Part shown: positions 10,243 through 19,593 of the stretch, piece by piece
Layout: every line of letters starts with the position of its first letter
Position numbering within the stretch: the stretch's first letter is position 1
NCBI GenBank assembly: GCA_905198575.1
Contig: CAJKDC010000003.1
Coordinates: 2,199-66,198 of the forward strand
Direction: 5' to 3'
DNA: 64,000 nucleotides
Source of the DNA: an uncultured Bacteroides sp.
Lineage (GTDB): Bacteria > Bacteroidota > Bacteroidia > Bacteroidales > Bacteroidaceae
Notes under the pieces: generated by a model
What the model saw: the letters and a program-made list of their open reading frames with translations, nothing else
What the model was told of the DNA's origin: nothing
The model's database searches: none
Position numbers and translations under genes: made by a program

Positions 10243-11550
10243 TTATTTGTTTTCTTTTACCCAATCATTAAACATAGCAATAGATTTTGCCAATACTCCT
10301 GCAGAGCCTTTAAAATGTCCGGAACCACTGGGGACGTCTCCCATTCCGTACCATTCATAAAATCCCTTATTTTTTATCACACGGTCTATCATTGGTCTTA
10401 CCTCTGCATATGCTTCTTCTACAAAGCCGTTGGCTATGAGCTGCTGAATCATACGACCGCCAAACCAAGTCCAGTCACCACCGTTCTGATATACGTAGGG
10501 TTTTGCCATCCCTCCCGTAAAGAAATTATCAGGATAAGGTGGATAAAGTGTCAACCCGATACTTGGCATTCCAGACAAGCGGACATTTTCCAGCATCTGA
10601 GCATTTACTGCCGCAATTTCTTCTTTGGTTAATAATCCAGCTTCAATAGCAACAGCAGTTCCACCGTGATAATGAACCTTATTTTCATCAAAATCACCTA
10701 AATCCGGAGCCTTATCCAAATACAAATGAGGAATAAACTTTTGCTGCTTTGCATCCCATAAATGTTCACGGACATTACGGGCTATACCCTGACGTATATC
10801 ACTCCACTTTTTCAATAAAGCGGTATCGTCCGTCATTTCTGCCATATAATCCAAAGCGATGATAAACATAGCATTGTCGTATACATCAACAGCAAGATAT
10901 GAATTTTCGTTCATGTCACAACCAAAATCATCATTAGGCTGTACATCACCCCAGTCAGCTGTCATTGCACCATACAACAAGCCATATTTTTCACTGTAAC
11001 GCTCACGCATCAGATAGTCTACCATATCATCCATGCGTTCCAATACAGTACGTCCGGCTACCTCTTCCTGTAAGATTGAAGTATCACCCGTCTTTTTAAT
11101 ATATTTACCGACAATTTGTATTAATGATGTTTCCTGGTCCGTTTCAACTGTATTCTTGAAGCCAACATGCTCAGGAGCAGCCTCCGAATAATAAGGAGTA
11201 TTATCATTCCATGTAAAGTCGGGCTTCAAAACATATCCGTCAATCATTTCATCATTGGGTTGTTGTAAAGCAAAGAACAGTAAAATCGCGTTTTTCAAAT
11301 CCTGATGGTTTACTTCTTCGCAAGCTGTTTCAATAAATGTGTTCATATCACGGGCCCATATTTGTGAGTAACCACTTCCCGCGTTCAAGCCCTGACGGAT
11401 AACAGAACGTGCCATACTGTCGACAGTTACCAACGTTTTGTCTTCCTGAATTTTTTTCACTAAATCGCCATGAGGAGAATTAGAGCAAGCAGCAAATAAT
11501 CCCCCCAAAAACATTGCTGCAAAAAAATTTATTTTCTTCATAGAATGCAT
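10243..11550 (-). CDS. (alpha/alpha)6-barrel glycoside hydrolase-like lipoprotein (start may be 11541)
   Basis: Lipobox FAAC; YSQIWARD, YQNGGDW and FYEWY motifs as in six-hairpin inverting glycosidases. Confidence 0.65.
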   Translation of the reverse strand: MHSMKKINFFAAMFLGGLFAACSNSPHGDLVKKIQEDKTLVTVDSMARSVIRQGLNAGSGYSQIWARDMNTFIETACEEVNHQDLKNAILLFFALQQPNDEMIDGYVLKPDFTWNDNTPYYSEAAPEHVGFKNTVETDQETSLIQIVGKYIKKTGDTSILQEEVAGRTVLERMDDMVDYLMRERYSEKYGLLYGAMTADWGDVQPNDDFGCDMNENSYLAVDVYDNAMFIIALDYMAEMTDDTALLKKWSDIRQGIARNVREHLWDAKQQKFIPHLYLDKAPDLGDFDENKVHYHGGTAVAIEAGLLTKEEIAAVNAQMLENVRLSGMPSIGLTLYPPYPDNFFTGGMAKPYVYQNGGDWTWFGGRMIQQLIANGFVEEAYAEVRPMIDRVIKNKGFYEWYGMGDVPSGSGHFKGSAGVLAKSIAMFNDWVKENK

Positions 11551-11574
11551 ATTATATTAGACTTTTCTTTTTGG

Positions 11575-11614
11575 CAAAATTAGTGAGGATATATGATTTT
11601 TTATATTACTTTTG
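11575..11614. promoter_or_regulatory. Divergent promoters for the catabolic operon (-) and araC (+)
   Basis: TAATTTTG on the minus strand (11575-11582) and TACTTTTG on the plus strand (11607-11614). Confidence 0.65.
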
Positions 11615-11649
11615 TGACGAAACACTTATACTTTCTTACTATCTGCATT

Positions 11650-12585
11650 ATGCTAAAAATTAAAGAAGGATTCAGAGGGGAGCGGTTAATTTCCCTGCCA
11701 GACGATATTTTGTCTGCCTATTCTAAAGATCCGCTGATAAAAAACCTGTATATCCGCAAAATAGGTTTCTTTCCGCACGTCAAATACCATTATATTCAAA
11801 AAGAAAACGGAACCGACTATGCAATGCTGATTTACTGCACGGACGGTAAAGGATGGTATAAGATTAACGATAAGACTTACACCGTACTTGCCAACAATTA
11901 TATTATTATTCCTCCCAATACGCCTTATTCTTTTGGAGCAGATGAAGAAGATCCTTGGAGTATCTACTTTATTCACTTCAAAGGAAGTCTATGCGAGCAT
12001 TTTTTACCCAAGTATCCCAATCCCCAGCCGATAATACCTAATGAATATTCTCGGCTACAGGACCGTTTTGATCTTTTCGAAGAAATTTACCAATGTTTTT
12101 CGATGGGATATATCAAGGAATATATGATATATGCCTCACTGAATCTTTATCGGTTTCTTTCTTCATTCATCTATCTGGAACCTTTCCGCCATATTAATGT
12201 AATCGGAAGAAAAGAAAGTTCTTTTTCGACAAAAGTCATCCACTATATGCAAGAGAATATCCAACACAATATCACGCTGGAAGAATTTGCAAACAACTTC
12301 AAGTATTCTCCCTCGCATTTCTCTACGCTTTTTCAAAAAGAAACAGGAGTTTCACCTATCAACTACTTCATACGTCTGAAGATTCAGAAAGCCTGTCAAT
12401 ACATTGAACTTACAGATATGAGAATCAGTGAGATATCTGTACAACTTGGTTTTGAAGAACCGGCATACTTCTCCAGGCTATTTTCAAAAATAATGGGAGT
12501 ATCTCCATCTGTTTATCGCAAAAAGGAATCCATAAGAAAACCGGAAATACTTTCTAGCGAAAGTACGGAAACTGAAAAAGAGTAA
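11650..12585 (+). CDS. AraC-family transcriptional regulator
   Basis: N-terminal cupin sensor (PWSIYFIHF) and C-terminal double HTH (LGFEEPAYFSRLFSKIMGVSPSVYR). Confidence 0.93.
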   Translation: MLKIKEGFRGERLISLPDDILSAYSKDPLIKNLYIRKIGFFPHVKYHYIQKENGTDYAMLIYCTDGKGWYKINDKTYTVLANNYIIIPPNTPYSFGADEEDPWSIYFIHFKGSLCEHFLPKYPNPQPIIPNEYSRLQDRFDLFEEIYQCFSMGYIKEYMIYASLNLYRFLSSFIYLEPFRHINVIGRKESSFSTKVIHYMQENIQHNITLEEFANNFKYSPSHFSTLFQKETGVSPINYFIRLKIQKACQYIELTDMRISEISVQLGFEEPAYFSRLFSKIMGVSPSVYRKKESIRKPEILSSESTETEKE

Positions 12586-12624
12586 TATACAAGAAGATAA
12601 TACAAGCAGTTCGAAAAAAAGTCT

Positions 12625-12671
12625 TATAAGGATTATATGCAAAAACGCTTTCTTTGCATATAATCCTTATA
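12625..12671. repeat. Perfect 19-bp inverted repeat with a 9-nt spacer
   Basis: TATAAGGATTATATGCAAA-aacgctttc-TTTGCATATAATCCTTATA. Confidence 0.95.
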
Positions 12672-12675
12672 TTTT

Positions 12676-15600
12676 ATGAAGAAACATCTCATTACAGCTT
12701 TTACTTTTGCATCATTGACTTTTGCACAATATGCAAACGGACAAATATGGAGTATCGGGAAAAACGATAACCAAACAACTGAGTTTGCATTGGGTCCCGA
12801 TAAATATAAAGACTTTCTGGCGCATGACTTCGGCTATGAAGACCGCTATTTTTTAATTGGTTACTCTAACGAAAAAACAGATTTCCCTTACGTTATTCCA
12901 GGACCATCTGACGGTTGGGGAGGTACAGGAGGTACTTCTGGATGGCGTACGCATGAAACTACCATACTTTTCGGCCTTGAAGATGCACCTCTTTCTGATA
13001 ATTGGAAGCTTGTGATTGATATAGCAGAAAATGCTGTAAAGCAACCTCCATTATTGAAAGTGAGTGTTAATGGACATGACTGGAAATTCCAAATGCCAGC
13101 CGGTCAAAACGAAAATGCCATTACCGGAGATTTGACTGGAAGCAAAGAACATATTTTAGAAATTCCACTCAACTCCTCGCATTTAAAACAAGGTGGCAAT
13201 GAAATCCGTTTATCTGTTTTGCAAGGGTCATGGATTCTGTTTGATCAGGTTTACCTGGACGGACCTGCTGGTACTAAAGTCACTCAACCGAAAAAAGCTT
13301 TTATCCGCAATGTATCGGCAGCAAACTACGAAACCATGGTGAATGGAGAGCGTTTCCAACCTTTACTAGTTGATGTTGAAGAACTGGAGAAGAACCCGGA
13401 AATATCCGTTGAGTTAGACGGGAAAAATATCTTCACCCAGAAAATAGATACCGCACGCTATATCTTTGAAGTCTCGATGCCTGCAGTAAAACAAGCTTGT
13501 ACAAGTAAATATTGCATTAAAGTAAACGGACAGACGGTTGAAAATGGAACGGTATCACGCTCTGCACAAACTCTGCAAACACCAGCTGACTATGTAGACA
13601 CCCGTATCGGCACAGGACACTCAAGATGGATGATAGCTCCTGGTCCTTGGATGCCCTTCAGTATGGTCAAGCTTAGTCCCGATAATCAAAACATGGGATG
13701 GCAAGCTGGTTATCAACCTACCTTCGAAAGCATAGGATGCTTCAGTCATCTGCACGAATGGACGCTGGGAGGATTAGGTATGATGCCGACAAACGGTAAA
13801 CTGATTATTCAGGAAGGAGACGAAATGAATCCTGATTCTGGATACAGATCGCATATCCAGAAAAAAAATGAAAAAGCTGAAATCGGATACTATTCTATTT
13901 TACTGGATGATTATAATATCAAAGCAGAGTTGACCTCTACTACACGATGCGGATTTCAGAAATATACCTTCCCGGAAAACAGCAAGAACTCTAGGGTACT
14001 GGTAGATTTACATATCCCAACCGAATATGATTATGAACTGAAATCTATCGAAGTAAAACAAGTATCTCCTTATCGCATCGAAGGTAAAAGTCACCAGTAC
14101 TCCAAAGAGGTATGGAGTAACGATGCAGAACAGGATTACACGGTTCACTTCGTTCTGGAATTTGACCAGCCTATTCAAGCCATGGGCGGATGGATGGATA
14201 ATCTGATTTATCCAACTACTCACCTCAAAGGTAAACAATTGAAAGATGCAGGCGTATATTTACAGTTTGATACAAAAAACAATCAGGTAGTACAGGTTCG
14301 TTCCGGCATATCTCTGGTTAGTGTAGAAAATGCAGCCTTGAATCTGAAAGAAGAAATAGAAGAACCTTTCGGATGGGATTTTGAAAAAATACGCAGTTTC
14401 CATAAGCAGACTTGGAACGAATTGTTTGGAAGAGTAGAAATAGAATCTAACGACCGACAGGAAAAAATCCGTTTCTACAATAACATGTATCGTGCATTAT
14501 GCAGCCGAAACATTTGGAGTGACGTAAACGGGGAATGGATTGGAACAGATCATAAAGTGCATAAGATGGCCAATAAGGAGGATGTCGCACTGGGATGTGA
14601 TGCCTTTTGGAATACCTTCTGGAACTTAAATCAGTTCTGGAATCTGGTAACTCCCGAATGGACAAGCCGATGGGTAAAATCCCAATTAGCCATGTACGAC
14701 GCCAACGGATGGCTGGCTAAAGGCCCGGCAGGAATGAACTACATCCCGGTAATGGTAGCCGAGCATGAAATCCCACTGATAGTAGCAGCTTATCAAATGG
14801 GGATACGCGACTTTGATACGCATAAGGCACTGGAAGCTATGCTGAAAATGCAGCAAACTCCTTCGCAGAAAGTGCACAGAGGATATGCCGGAAACAGAGA
14901 TTTGAATGCTTATCTGCAATACAAATATGTGCCATCCGATTTAGGACGATTCTCAAACTCTTTGGAATATTCTTTTGATGACTGGACTGTAGGACAATAT
15001 GCCAAAGCACTTGGAAAGAACGATATTTATAATCAGTTCAACGAACGCGGCTACTGGTGGAAAAATACCATCGAGCCTACAGAAGGATTTGCAACCCTGA
15101 AGAACAGCAAGGGAGAATGGGAAAAAGATTTCGACCCGTTCCGCTCCGGTGCCAACCAACATTACGTTGAAGGAAATGCCTGGCAGCTGACTTATTTTGT
15201 CCCTCAGGATGTAAATGCTCTGGCAAAAGCAATTGGTAAAAAGCGGTTTATTGACCGTCTGGAATGGGGATTCGAAGCCAGCGAGCCTTGGAGATACAAT
15301 GCACCCAACGACCAATACTGGGATTTCCCTGTAGTGCAGGGTAACCAGCAATCTATGCATTTTGCATTTTTGTTCAACTGGGTAGGAAAACCTTGGCTGA
15401 CCCAGAAGTGGAGCCGATCTATCATCGACCGCTATTATGGATATGGAATAGCCAATGCTTACCTGGGCGATGAAGATCAAGGACAAATGAGTGCATGGTT
15501 TATTATGGCTGCCTTAGGCCTGTTCCAGACAGACGGTGGATGCAGTACTGAACCAGTATACGAAATAGCTAGTCCAATTTTTGAAAAAGTAACCATTCAT

Positions 15601-15804
15601 TTGGACGAAAAATATGGACGTGGAAAGGCATTTACCATCGAAGCTGAAAATGTATCGCGCCATAACAAGTATGTACAGTCGGCTGTATTGAATGGCAAAC
15701 CTCTTACTTCTTTCAAATTTCCGGCCAAAGAATTGCTGAAAGGAGGAAAACTTATTCTGAAAATGGGAAACAAACCCAACAAGAATTGGGGAAAAACATT
15801 CTAA
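12676..15804 (+). CDS. GH92 alpha-mannosidase with an N-terminal accessory region; secreted
   Basis: Signal peptide; PGPWMPFSM, VEGNAWQ and GDEDQGQMSAW motifs; about 300 residues precede the GH92 core. Confidence 0.9.
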   Translation: MKKHLITAFTFASLTFAQYANGQIWSIGKNDNQTTEFALGPDKYKDFLAHDFGYEDRYFLIGYSNEKTDFPYVIPGPSDGWGGTGGTSGWRTHETTILFGLEDAPLSDNWKLVIDIAENAVKQPPLLKVSVNGHDWKFQMPAGQNENAITGDLTGSKEHILEIPLNSSHLKQGGNEIRLSVLQGSWILFDQVYLDGPAGTKVTQPKKAFIRNVSAANYETMVNGERFQPLLVDVEELEKNPEISVELDGKNIFTQKIDTARYIFEVSMPAVKQACTSKYCIKVNGQTVENGTVSRSAQTLQTPADYVDTRIGTGHSRWMIAPGPWMPFSMVKLSPDNQNMGWQAGYQPTFESIGCFSHLHEWTLGGLGMMPTNGKLIIQEGDEMNPDSGYRSHIQKKNEKAEIGYYSILLDDYNIKAELTSTTRCGFQKYTFPENSKNSRVLVDLHIPTEYDYELKSIEVKQVSPYRIEGKSHQYSKEVWSNDAEQDYTVHFVLEFDQPIQAMGGWMDNLIYPTTHLKGKQLKDAGVYLQFDTKNNQVVQVRSGISLVSVENAALNLKEEIEEPFGWDFEKIRSFHKQTWNELFGRVEIESNDRQEKIRFYNNMYRALCSRNIWSDVNGEWIGTDHKVHKMANKEDVALGCDAFWNTFWNLNQFWNLVTPEWTSRWVKSQLAMYDANGWLAKGPAGMNYIPVMVAEHEIPLIVAAYQMGIRDFDTHKALEAMLKMQQTPSQKVHRGYAGNRDLNAYLQYKYVPSDLGRFSNSLEYSFDDWTVGQYAKALGKNDIYNQFNERGYWWKNTIEPTEGFATLKNSKGEWEKDFDPFRSGANQHYVEGNAWQLTYFVPQDVNALAKAIGKKRFIDRLEWGFEASEPWRYNAPNDQYWDFPVVQGNQQSMHFAFLFNWVGKPWLTQKWSRSIIDRYYGYGIANAYLGDEDQGQMSAWFIMAALGLFQTDGGCSTEPVYEIASPIFEKVTIHLDEKYGRGKAFTIEAENVSRHNKYVQSAVLNGKPLTSFKFPAKELLKGGKLILKMGNKPNKNWGKTF

Positions 15805-15834
15805 CATAACATTGCTATAACTTTCTTAAAACAA

Positions 15835-15882
15835 CGGAGCAGTAAAAGAGTAAATTCTCGCTTACTGTTCCGCTTTTATTTT
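15835..15882 (+). terminator. Intrinsic terminator after GH92
   Basis: CGGAGCAGTAA / TTACTGTTCCG stem followed by a T-tract. Confidence 0.75.
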
Positions 15883-16002
15883 CACTACGATAATAATCAT
15901 ACACTAAAGAAAAGCGATGCCGCATTCATTATAAGTTCAATATTTTTGCTATTTTTGTCCAGTTATGTAAATTAGCCGATTTGGACACAAGTAAGAAAAT
16001 AA

Positions 16003-16956
16003 ATGAAAGTTATAGATTTAATTAAAAAAAATGACAAGACTGCATTTTCCTTTGAAATTCTTCCCCCATTAAAAGGAAATGGCATTGAGAAGCTATACAA
16101 TACAATTGATACGCTACGAGAATTTGATCCGCAATATATTAACATTACCACGCACAGAAGTGAATATGTTTATAAAGAATTGGGTAACGGACTTTACCAA
16201 AGAAACCGCTTGCGCAGACGTCCTGGCACTGTAGCCGTCGCTGCTGCTATTCAGAATAAATATAACATCACGGTAGTTCCCCATTTGCTTTGCAGTGATT
16301 TTACGCGCGAAGACACAGAATATATATTGCTGGATCTCCAGTTTTTGGGTATAACCGACCTGCTCGTATTGAGAGGTGATAAAGCTAAGCATGAATCATC
16401 TTTTGTTCCAGAGCCTAACGGCTATGCACATGCTCTGGAACTGGAAGAACAAATCAACGACTTCAATAAAGGTGTATTCATAGATGGGTCGCCCATTAAA
16501 ACTTCTATGCATACCTTCAGCTATGGAGTAGCCTGCTACCCTGAGAAGCATGAAGAGTCACCCAATATGGAACAAGACATCTACTGGCTAAAGAAAAAAA
16601 TCGAAGCTGGAGCTGAGTATGCAGTAACACAGCTTTTTTACGATAACCAAAAATATTTTGATTTTGTGGATAAGGTAAGAGCAGCCGGAATCAATGTGCC
16701 GATTATTCCTGGAATCAAACCTCTATCTCGATTAAGCCAACTGAGTGTTATTCCCAGAACATTTAAGGTTGACCTTCCGCAAGAGCTTACATCCGAAATG
16801 ATAAAATGCAAATCGGATGAAGATATGAAACAGCTCGGTATAGAATGGGGCATACACCAATGTAAGGAACTGATTGAACATGGTGTACCAAGTATTCATT
16901 TCTATACAGTCAATGCTGTTCAGAGTGTAAAAGAAATTGCTAAAGTTATTTATTAA
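16003..16956 (+). CDS. metF: Methylenetetrahydrofolate reductase
   Basis: FSFEILPP, LVLRGD, ACYPEKH, TQLFYD and IHFYT motifs. Confidence 0.95.
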   Translation: MKVIDLIKKNDKTAFSFEILPPLKGNGIEKLYNTIDTLREFDPQYINITTHRSEYVYKELGNGLYQRNRLRRRPGTVAVAAAIQNKYNITVVPHLLCSDFTREDTEYILLDLQFLGITDLLVLRGDKAKHESSFVPEPNGYAHALELEEQINDFNKGVFIDGSPIKTSMHTFSYGVACYPEKHEESPNMEQDIYWLKKKIEAGAEYAVTQLFYDNQKYFDFVDKVRAAGINVPIIPGIKPLSRLSQLSVIPRTFKVDLPQELTSEMIKCKSDEDMKQLGIEWGIHQCKELIEHGVPSIHFYTVNAVQSVKEIAKVIY

Positions 16957-16962
16957 AATACC

Positions 16963-18087
16963 ATGTTCTTTAAAGATATAATAGGACAAGAAGAAGCAAA
17001 AAAGCACTTAATCACAGAGGTCAAAGAAGGGAGAATCCCACATGCACAGCTTTTTTGTGGCCCCGAAGGTGTAGGAAAACTACCTTTGGCTATCGCTTAT
17101 GCCCGGTTCATCTGCTGCGAGCATCCCACCCACGAAGATGCTTGTGGTACTTGTTCTTCTTGCCTGTTATTCAACAAGCTTATTCATCCGGATTTACACT
17201 TTGTATTCCCCATTGTAAAATTAAAATCGGGAAAAGGAATTATCTGTGACGATTTTCTACCCGAATGGAGAGATTTGGTCTTAAAACAACCTTATTTCAA
17301 CATCCATCACTGGCTGGACCAGATGGGAGCCGAAAACCAACAGGCACTTATCGGTGTGCGTGAAAGTGATGAAATCATGAAAAAGCTGAATGTAAAGTCC
17401 AGAATGGGCGGGTATAAGGTGATGATTATATGGCTCCCGGAAAAAATGAACATGGAATGCAGCAACAAGTTGCTGAAAATACTGGAAGAGCCTCCTGTAA
17501 AAACGGTCTTTTTACTGGTTTCAGAAGAAGCAGATAATATTCTTCCGACTATACAAAGCCGTACCCAACGATTCAACCTGCCACGAATTGCAGAAGATAA
17601 GATTACCAAAGTCCTTCAGGACAAGTTCTATTTAATGCCCGAAGATGCAATAAACATAGCCCACCGTGCAGAAGGTAATTTTATCAAGGCCCTGGAAACA
17701 ATTCATCTAAGTGAAGACAACAAACTTTTCTTCGAGTTGTTTGTCAGTCTGATGCGTTTGTCGTATCAACGTAAAATCAGGGAAATGAAGGCTTGGAGCG
17801 AGCAAGTTGCCGCTATGGGCCGGGAAAGGCAAAAGCATTTCCTCACCTATTGCCAAAGAATGATACGCGAAAACTTCATATACAACTTCCATAACAAAGA
17901 GCTTGTTTATCTTAATCCGGAAGAACAGAATTTTTCTTCACGCTTTTCTCCGTATATAAACGAGCGCAATGTAATAGGAATTATGAACGAACTTACAGAA
18001 GCACAAATCCATATAGAGCAAAACGTAAACCCCAAAATGGTTTTTTTCGATTTTTCCTTAAAAATGATTGTGCTCCTTATACAATAA
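16963..18087 (+). CDS. holB: DNA polymerase III subunit delta'
   Basis: HAQLFCGPEGVGK, zinc-finger cysteines, HPDLHF, LLKILEEPP and TIQSR motifs. Confidence 0.92.
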   Translation: MFFKDIIGQEEAKKHLITEVKEGRIPHAQLFCGPEGVGKLPLAIAYARFICCEHPTHEDACGTCSSCLLFNKLIHPDLHFVFPIVKLKSGKGIICDDFLPEWRDLVLKQPYFNIHHWLDQMGAENQQALIGVRESDEIMKKLNVKSRMGGYKVMIIWLPEKMNMECSNKLLKILEEPPVKTVFLLVSEEADNILPTIQSRTQRFNLPRIAEDKITKVLQDKFYLMPEDAINIAHRAEGNFIKALETIHLSEDNKLFFELFVSLMRLSYQRKIREMKAWSEQVAAMGRERQKHFLTYCQRMIRENFIYNFHNKELVYLNPEEQNFSSRFSPYINERNVIGIMNELTEAQIHIEQNVNPKMVFFDFSLKMIVLLIQ

Positions 18088-18132
18088 TAGCCTAGAAGAG
18101 AAATCTTCTATTTCAATTTAATTCAGTAAATT

Positions 18133-19593
18133 ATGAACGACGATTTTAAATTAAGAAACGGAAGTGGCAAACTTTGTTGCAAAGGCTGCGGACGTCAAGA
18201 TAATAAGCTAAACACGTATGACTGGCTCGCAGACATTCCCGGGAATGCAGAAGAGCAGGACATGGTGGAAGTACAGTTTAAAAACACCCGGAAAGGGTAT
18301 TATAAAAACAGCAACAAACTAAAACTTGAAAAGGGAGACATTGTTGCGGTAGAAGCCAGTCCTGGACACGATATCGGTACCGTTACACTTACCGGACGAC
18401 TGGTTTTGCTACAAATGCGTAAGGCAAATCTCAAGCCGGATGTCGAAATCAAACGTGTCTACAGAAAAGTCAAACCTGTAGATATGGAAAAATATGAAGA
18501 AGCTAAGGCTAAAGAACATGCTACGATGATTCGTTCACGCCAGATAGCAGCAAGCTTAGGACTGCAAATGAAAATTGGTGACGTAGAATATCAAGGCGAC
18601 GGCAACAAAGCTATCTTCTACTACATTGCAGATGAACGCGTGGACTTCCGCCAGCTGATTAAAGTTTTGGCAGAAGTTTTCCGGGTTCGTATCGAAATGA
18701 AGCAGATTGGGGCCCGCCAGGAAGCAGGAAGAATAGGTGGTATCGGTCCTTGTGGAAGAGAACTGTGCTGTGCTACTTGGATGACTAATTTTATTTCCGT
18801 ATCAACCAGTGCTGCCAGATACCAGGATATTTCACTGAACCCTCAAAAACTTGCCGGCCAGTGTGCCAAGCTAAAATGTTGCCTTAACTATGAAGTGGAC
18901 GCTTATGTAGAATGTCAAAAGCGATTGCCTAGTAAAGAGATTGTTTTGGAAACAACCGAGGGTTCATTCTATTATTTCAAGGCTGACATCCTGAAAGGAA
19001 CGATTACATATTCTACAGATAAGAGTTTCCTCGCCAACGAAACAACTATCACAGCGAAAAGGGCTTTCGAAATTATCAATATGAACCGCAGAGGTGAAAA
19101 GCCTGAAAAACTTCAGGGAACGGAACACCTGCATTCAGAACCGTCCAGACCTGTAGACTTAGTCGAACAGGAAAGCTTGACACGATTTGACAAAAGGAAA
19201 AACGGAAATAACCGGAAGAAAAAGAGAAAAGGAGATAACAACAATCCTCAGGCAGAAGCTCCGCGCCCAAATGCACCTCAGAAAGAGAATAAGGTTACGA
19301 ACAACAACAGAGAGAAAGGACAGCAAGAGAATCGGAGCAACAAGCCAAACAACAAGGAAAAACAGCCTAAAGTGCCAATGCCATCCAATGCAGAAGGAAA
19401 TAAGGAGAAAGCCCCCAAAGCTCAAACTCCTTCTACTCCCGATAACAAGGAGCGTAACCCCAAAAACAACAAAGAAAACAATCGCCGTCCCAATAAACCT
19501 GTCAGACCACAGGGAAAGGAAGCAAACGGCAATGAAAAAGAAAACAAAAATAAACCAAACGAATCAAAGAATGCTCCAACTGAACAAGCATAA
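18133..19593 (+). CDS. ricT: RicT/YaaT (PSP1-domain) Fe-S regulatory protein with a low-complexity C-terminal tail
   Basis: RVDFRQL, GPCGRELCC and GQCAKLKCCLNYE motifs; lies next to holB. Confidence 0.85.
   Translation: MNDDFKLRNGSGKLCCKGCGRQDNKLNTYDWLADIPGNAEEQDMVEVQFKNTRKGYYKNSNKLKLEKGDIVAVEASPGHDIGTVTLTGRLVLLQMRKANLKPDVEIKRVYRKVKPVDMEKYEEAKAKEHATMIRSRQIAASLGLQMKIGDVEYQGDGNKAIFYYIADERVDFRQLIKVLAEVFRVRIEMKQIGARQEAGRIGGIGPCGRELCCATWMTNFISVSTSAARYQDISLNPQKLAGQCAKLKCCLNYEVDAYVECQKRLPSKEIVLETTEGSFYYFKADILKGTITYSTDKSFLANETTITAKRAFEIINMNRRGEKPEKLQGTEHLHSEPSRPVDLVEQESLTRFDKRKNGNNRKKKRKGDNNNPQAEAPRPNAPQKENKVTNNNREKGQQENRSNKPNNKEKQPKVPMPSNAEGNKEKAPKAQTPSTPDNKERNPKNNKENNRRPNKPVRPQGKEANGNEKENKNKPNESKNAPTEQA

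Noticed and set aside
12587..12609. ATACAAG(A/C)AG direct repeat as an AraC binding site
   Set aside because: There are only two short copies at 13-bp spacing, and no matching copy at the divergent promoter.
12625..12671. Invertible (phase-variable) promoter
   Set aside because: The 9-nt spacer is too short to carry an invertible promoter, and there is no recombinase nearby.
4972..15804. GH92 enzymes as mannose-1-phosphate uncapping variants
   Set aside because: Both keep the catalytic Glu in the EGN motif, not the Gln substitution of that subgroup.
15950..16003. SAM-II riboswitch before metF (GCCGATTTG seed)
   Set aside because: I could not find the P1 partner or the 3' GCTAAA pseudoknot strand. 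An Rfam cmscan would settle it.
19187..19570. N-terminal extension of gldH shown in the ORF track
   Set aside because: It overlaps the ricT tail. The lipoprotein signal begins at ATG 19571.
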